Assembly: GCA_966250485.1 (NCBI GenBank)
Contig: CBINHN010000004.1
Span: 99,726-163,725 of the forward strand
Origin: an uncultured Sorangium sp.
GTDB taxonomy: Bacteria > Myxococcota_A > Polyangia > Polyangiales > Polyangiaceae
DNA: 64,000 nt
Direction: 5' to 3'
In this document: positions 62,957 through 64,000 of the stretch, piece by piece
Layout: each line of letters opens with the position of its first letter
Numbering within the stretch: position 1 is the first letter of the stretch
Translations under genes and position numbers: made by a program
The notes under the pieces: model-generated
The model's database searches: none
What the model was told of the DNA's origin: nothing
The model's input: only the letters and a program-made list of their open reading frames with translations

Positions 62957-63847
62957 GTGCGTGTCGCGCGAATGAATGCGCGGCCGCCGGCGGCGCATCG
63001 AACAGCATATCTCGACTCGGCCATGGCTCCTCACGTCCACGATCTGGCGTCGTTCTCTGCCTTCCCCGCGCTGAGCCGGCTCGCACGAGCAGCGCCCTCG
63101 CTCGCGTTGCTTCTGCCTCTGTTCAGCGGCTGCGCGCAATCGCAGAGCGCGAACGAGCGGACGCCGACGGGAGCGCGCAGCGGCGGTTCCGGGAGCCTCG
63201 CGCTTGGCGGCAGCGCCGGGGTGGCGACAGAGCCGAGCAGCAGCGGCGGGACGCCCTCGGGCCATGAAGTCGGTGACAGCTGCCGAGCTTCGGCCGAGTG
63301 CGGACCGCCGACTCCGTATTGCCTCACGAAGTTGGGGCATTGTGTGGAGTGCCTGTCGCACGTCAATTGCCAGAACAGCGGCTCTCGCTTCTGCAATACG
63401 ACGACGAACACCTGCGTCCAGTGCGTCACCGACGTCGACTGCCCCTCGGACGTACCGTATTGCTCGCCCGCGGGCGCTTGCGTGCAGTGTCTCTCGACCA
63501 GAAATTGCGGGACCGGCGACGTCGTCTGTGATCCCTTGGTGTTCCGCTGCGTGCCGACCTGCCTGAGCGAAGACGATTGCCAGAACAGCGTCGCGCGGCC
63601 GTACTGTGACGTGAAGCGCAACGTGTGCGTGGAGTGCGACTCCGACGAGCAGTGCCCGGCCGCTTCCCCGCATTGCGAAGGCGCCACAGGGACCTGCGAG
63701 AAGTGCCTCGTCGATGACGACTGCCCGGCGAGCGAGCCGCACTGTGACGAAGCGAGCCCGCACCGCTGCGTGGAGTGTCGGACCTCGGCGGACTGCGTCG
63801 ATCACGTGCCGTGCACCGCCGGCCAGTGCGCGAAGAAGCCGACCTGA
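62957..63847 (+). CDS. Secreted lipoprotein made of tandem cysteine-rich repeats (Myxococcus cysteine-rich repeat type)
   Basis: Lipobox LLLPLFSGC (Cys about nt 63131) after a basic/hydrophobic leader. The likelier start is the ATG at 63023 (MAPHVHDL). A Gly/Ser linker is followed by about 8 repeats of C-x5-C-x6/7-C-x5/7-C-x2-C (for example CVQCVTDVDCPSDVPYCSPAGACVQC). Confidence 0.75.
   Translation: MRVARMNARPPAAHRTAYLDSAMAPHVHDLASFSAFPALSRLARAAPSLALLLPLFSGCAQSQSANERTPTGARSGGSGSLALGGSAGVATEPSSSGGTPSGHEVGDSCRASAECGPPTPYCLTKLGHCVECLSHVNCQNSGSRFCNTTTNTCVQCVTDVDCPSDVPYCSPAGACVQCLSTRNCGTGDVVCDPLVFRCVPTCLSEDDCQNSVARPYCDVKRNVCVECDSDEQCPAASPHCEGATGTCEKCLVDDDCPASEPHCDEASPHRCVECRTSADCVDHVPCTAGQCAKKPT
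63281..63829 (+). repeat. Tandem coding repeats (about 8 units of 23-27 codons) of a Cys-rich module
   Basis: The spacing C-x5-C-x6/7-C-x5/7-C-x2-C recurs from Cys109 to Cys291 of the track ORF. The units are diverged at nucleotide level. Confidence 0.7.
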
Positions 63848-63863
63848 GCCGGTCAGCGCCCGC

Positions 63864-64000
63864 TCAACGTGAGCTCACGCCGAAGACGACGTAGACGCGG
63901 CCGGCACCGTCATCGGCGGTCGCGTCGCCGAACGCGAGATCGGCGATGCGGTCGCCGTTGACGTCGCCGACGATAGCGGCAGAGCTGATCTCGCCGCCCG
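63864..64000 (-). CDS. C-terminal fragment of an FG-GAP/VCBS-repeat protein (runs off the right edge)
   Basis: My reverse translation of 64000..63864 gives GGEISSAAIVGDVNGDRIADLAFGDATADDGAGRVYVVFGVSSR-stop. The xGDVNGDxxxDL and GxVYVVFG patterns are typical FG-GAP repeat signatures. Only about 45 codons are visible. Confidence 0.45.
   Translation of the reverse strand, partial: GGEISSAAIVGDVNGDRIADLAFGDATADDGAGRVYVVFGVSSR

Noticed and set aside
1-64000. I searched by eye for tRNA, rRNA or other structured RNA genes, CRISPR arrays and prophage or integrase genes.
   Set aside because: I saw no short regularly spaced direct repeats, no cloverleaf-like conserved tRNA boxes in the few intergenic regions, and no phage or integrase-like ORFs. 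Non-coding space is very limited: the largest gaps are 49994-50306 and 53656-53849, plus 62823-62956 (up to 63022 if the later lipoprotein start is correct).

Overview
GC-rich (about 70% by eye, not computed) bacterial chromosomal segment with myxobacterial hallmarks: giant cis-AT PKS genes and a lipoprotein built from Myxococcus-type cysteine-rich repeats. Nt 1-49993 (minus strand) is one tightly packed, probably co-transcribed biosynthetic operon of at least 50 kb. In transcription order it holds pabC, a PaaK-family aryl-acid ligase, pabB, pabA and a 2347-aa hybrid PKS-NRPS (KS-AT-DH*-ACP-C-A[Gly]-PCP). These are followed by a type II thioesterase, six complete single-module cis-AT type I PKS proteins (KS-AT-DH-[ER]-KR-ACP) and the first 761 codons of a seventh PKS that runs off the left edge. 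An acyl-CoA dehydrogenase and an FkbH-like HAD-IIIC protein diverge from the same lower-GC intergenic region (49994-50306). Right of about 52.5 kb the genes look ordinary: TPR-like hypothetical, mutY, BASS transporter, aceE, metallophosphoesterase, FAD oxidoreductase, ECF sigma plus cupin partner, Cys-rich lipoprotein and an FG-GAP fragment. I recognised no rRNA, tRNA, CRISPR array, transposase or integrase. Three things go beyond the gene list. (1) Two pairs of perfect or near-perfect in-frame AT-domain repeats (1-900 = 5529-6428; 17327-18286 = 35034-35993) coincide with islands of extreme C>>G strand skew. (2) Matched docking tails support a colinear protein order. (3) The head-of-line chemistry combines a PABA supply with a ligase, a KS-first module without KR, a glycine module, an embedded type II thioesterase and an FkbH/ACAD pair. 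I cannot match that combination from memory to any described pathway. All start refinements come from ORF-track coordinates plus residue counting. Base-level statements were read by eye and may be off by a base.
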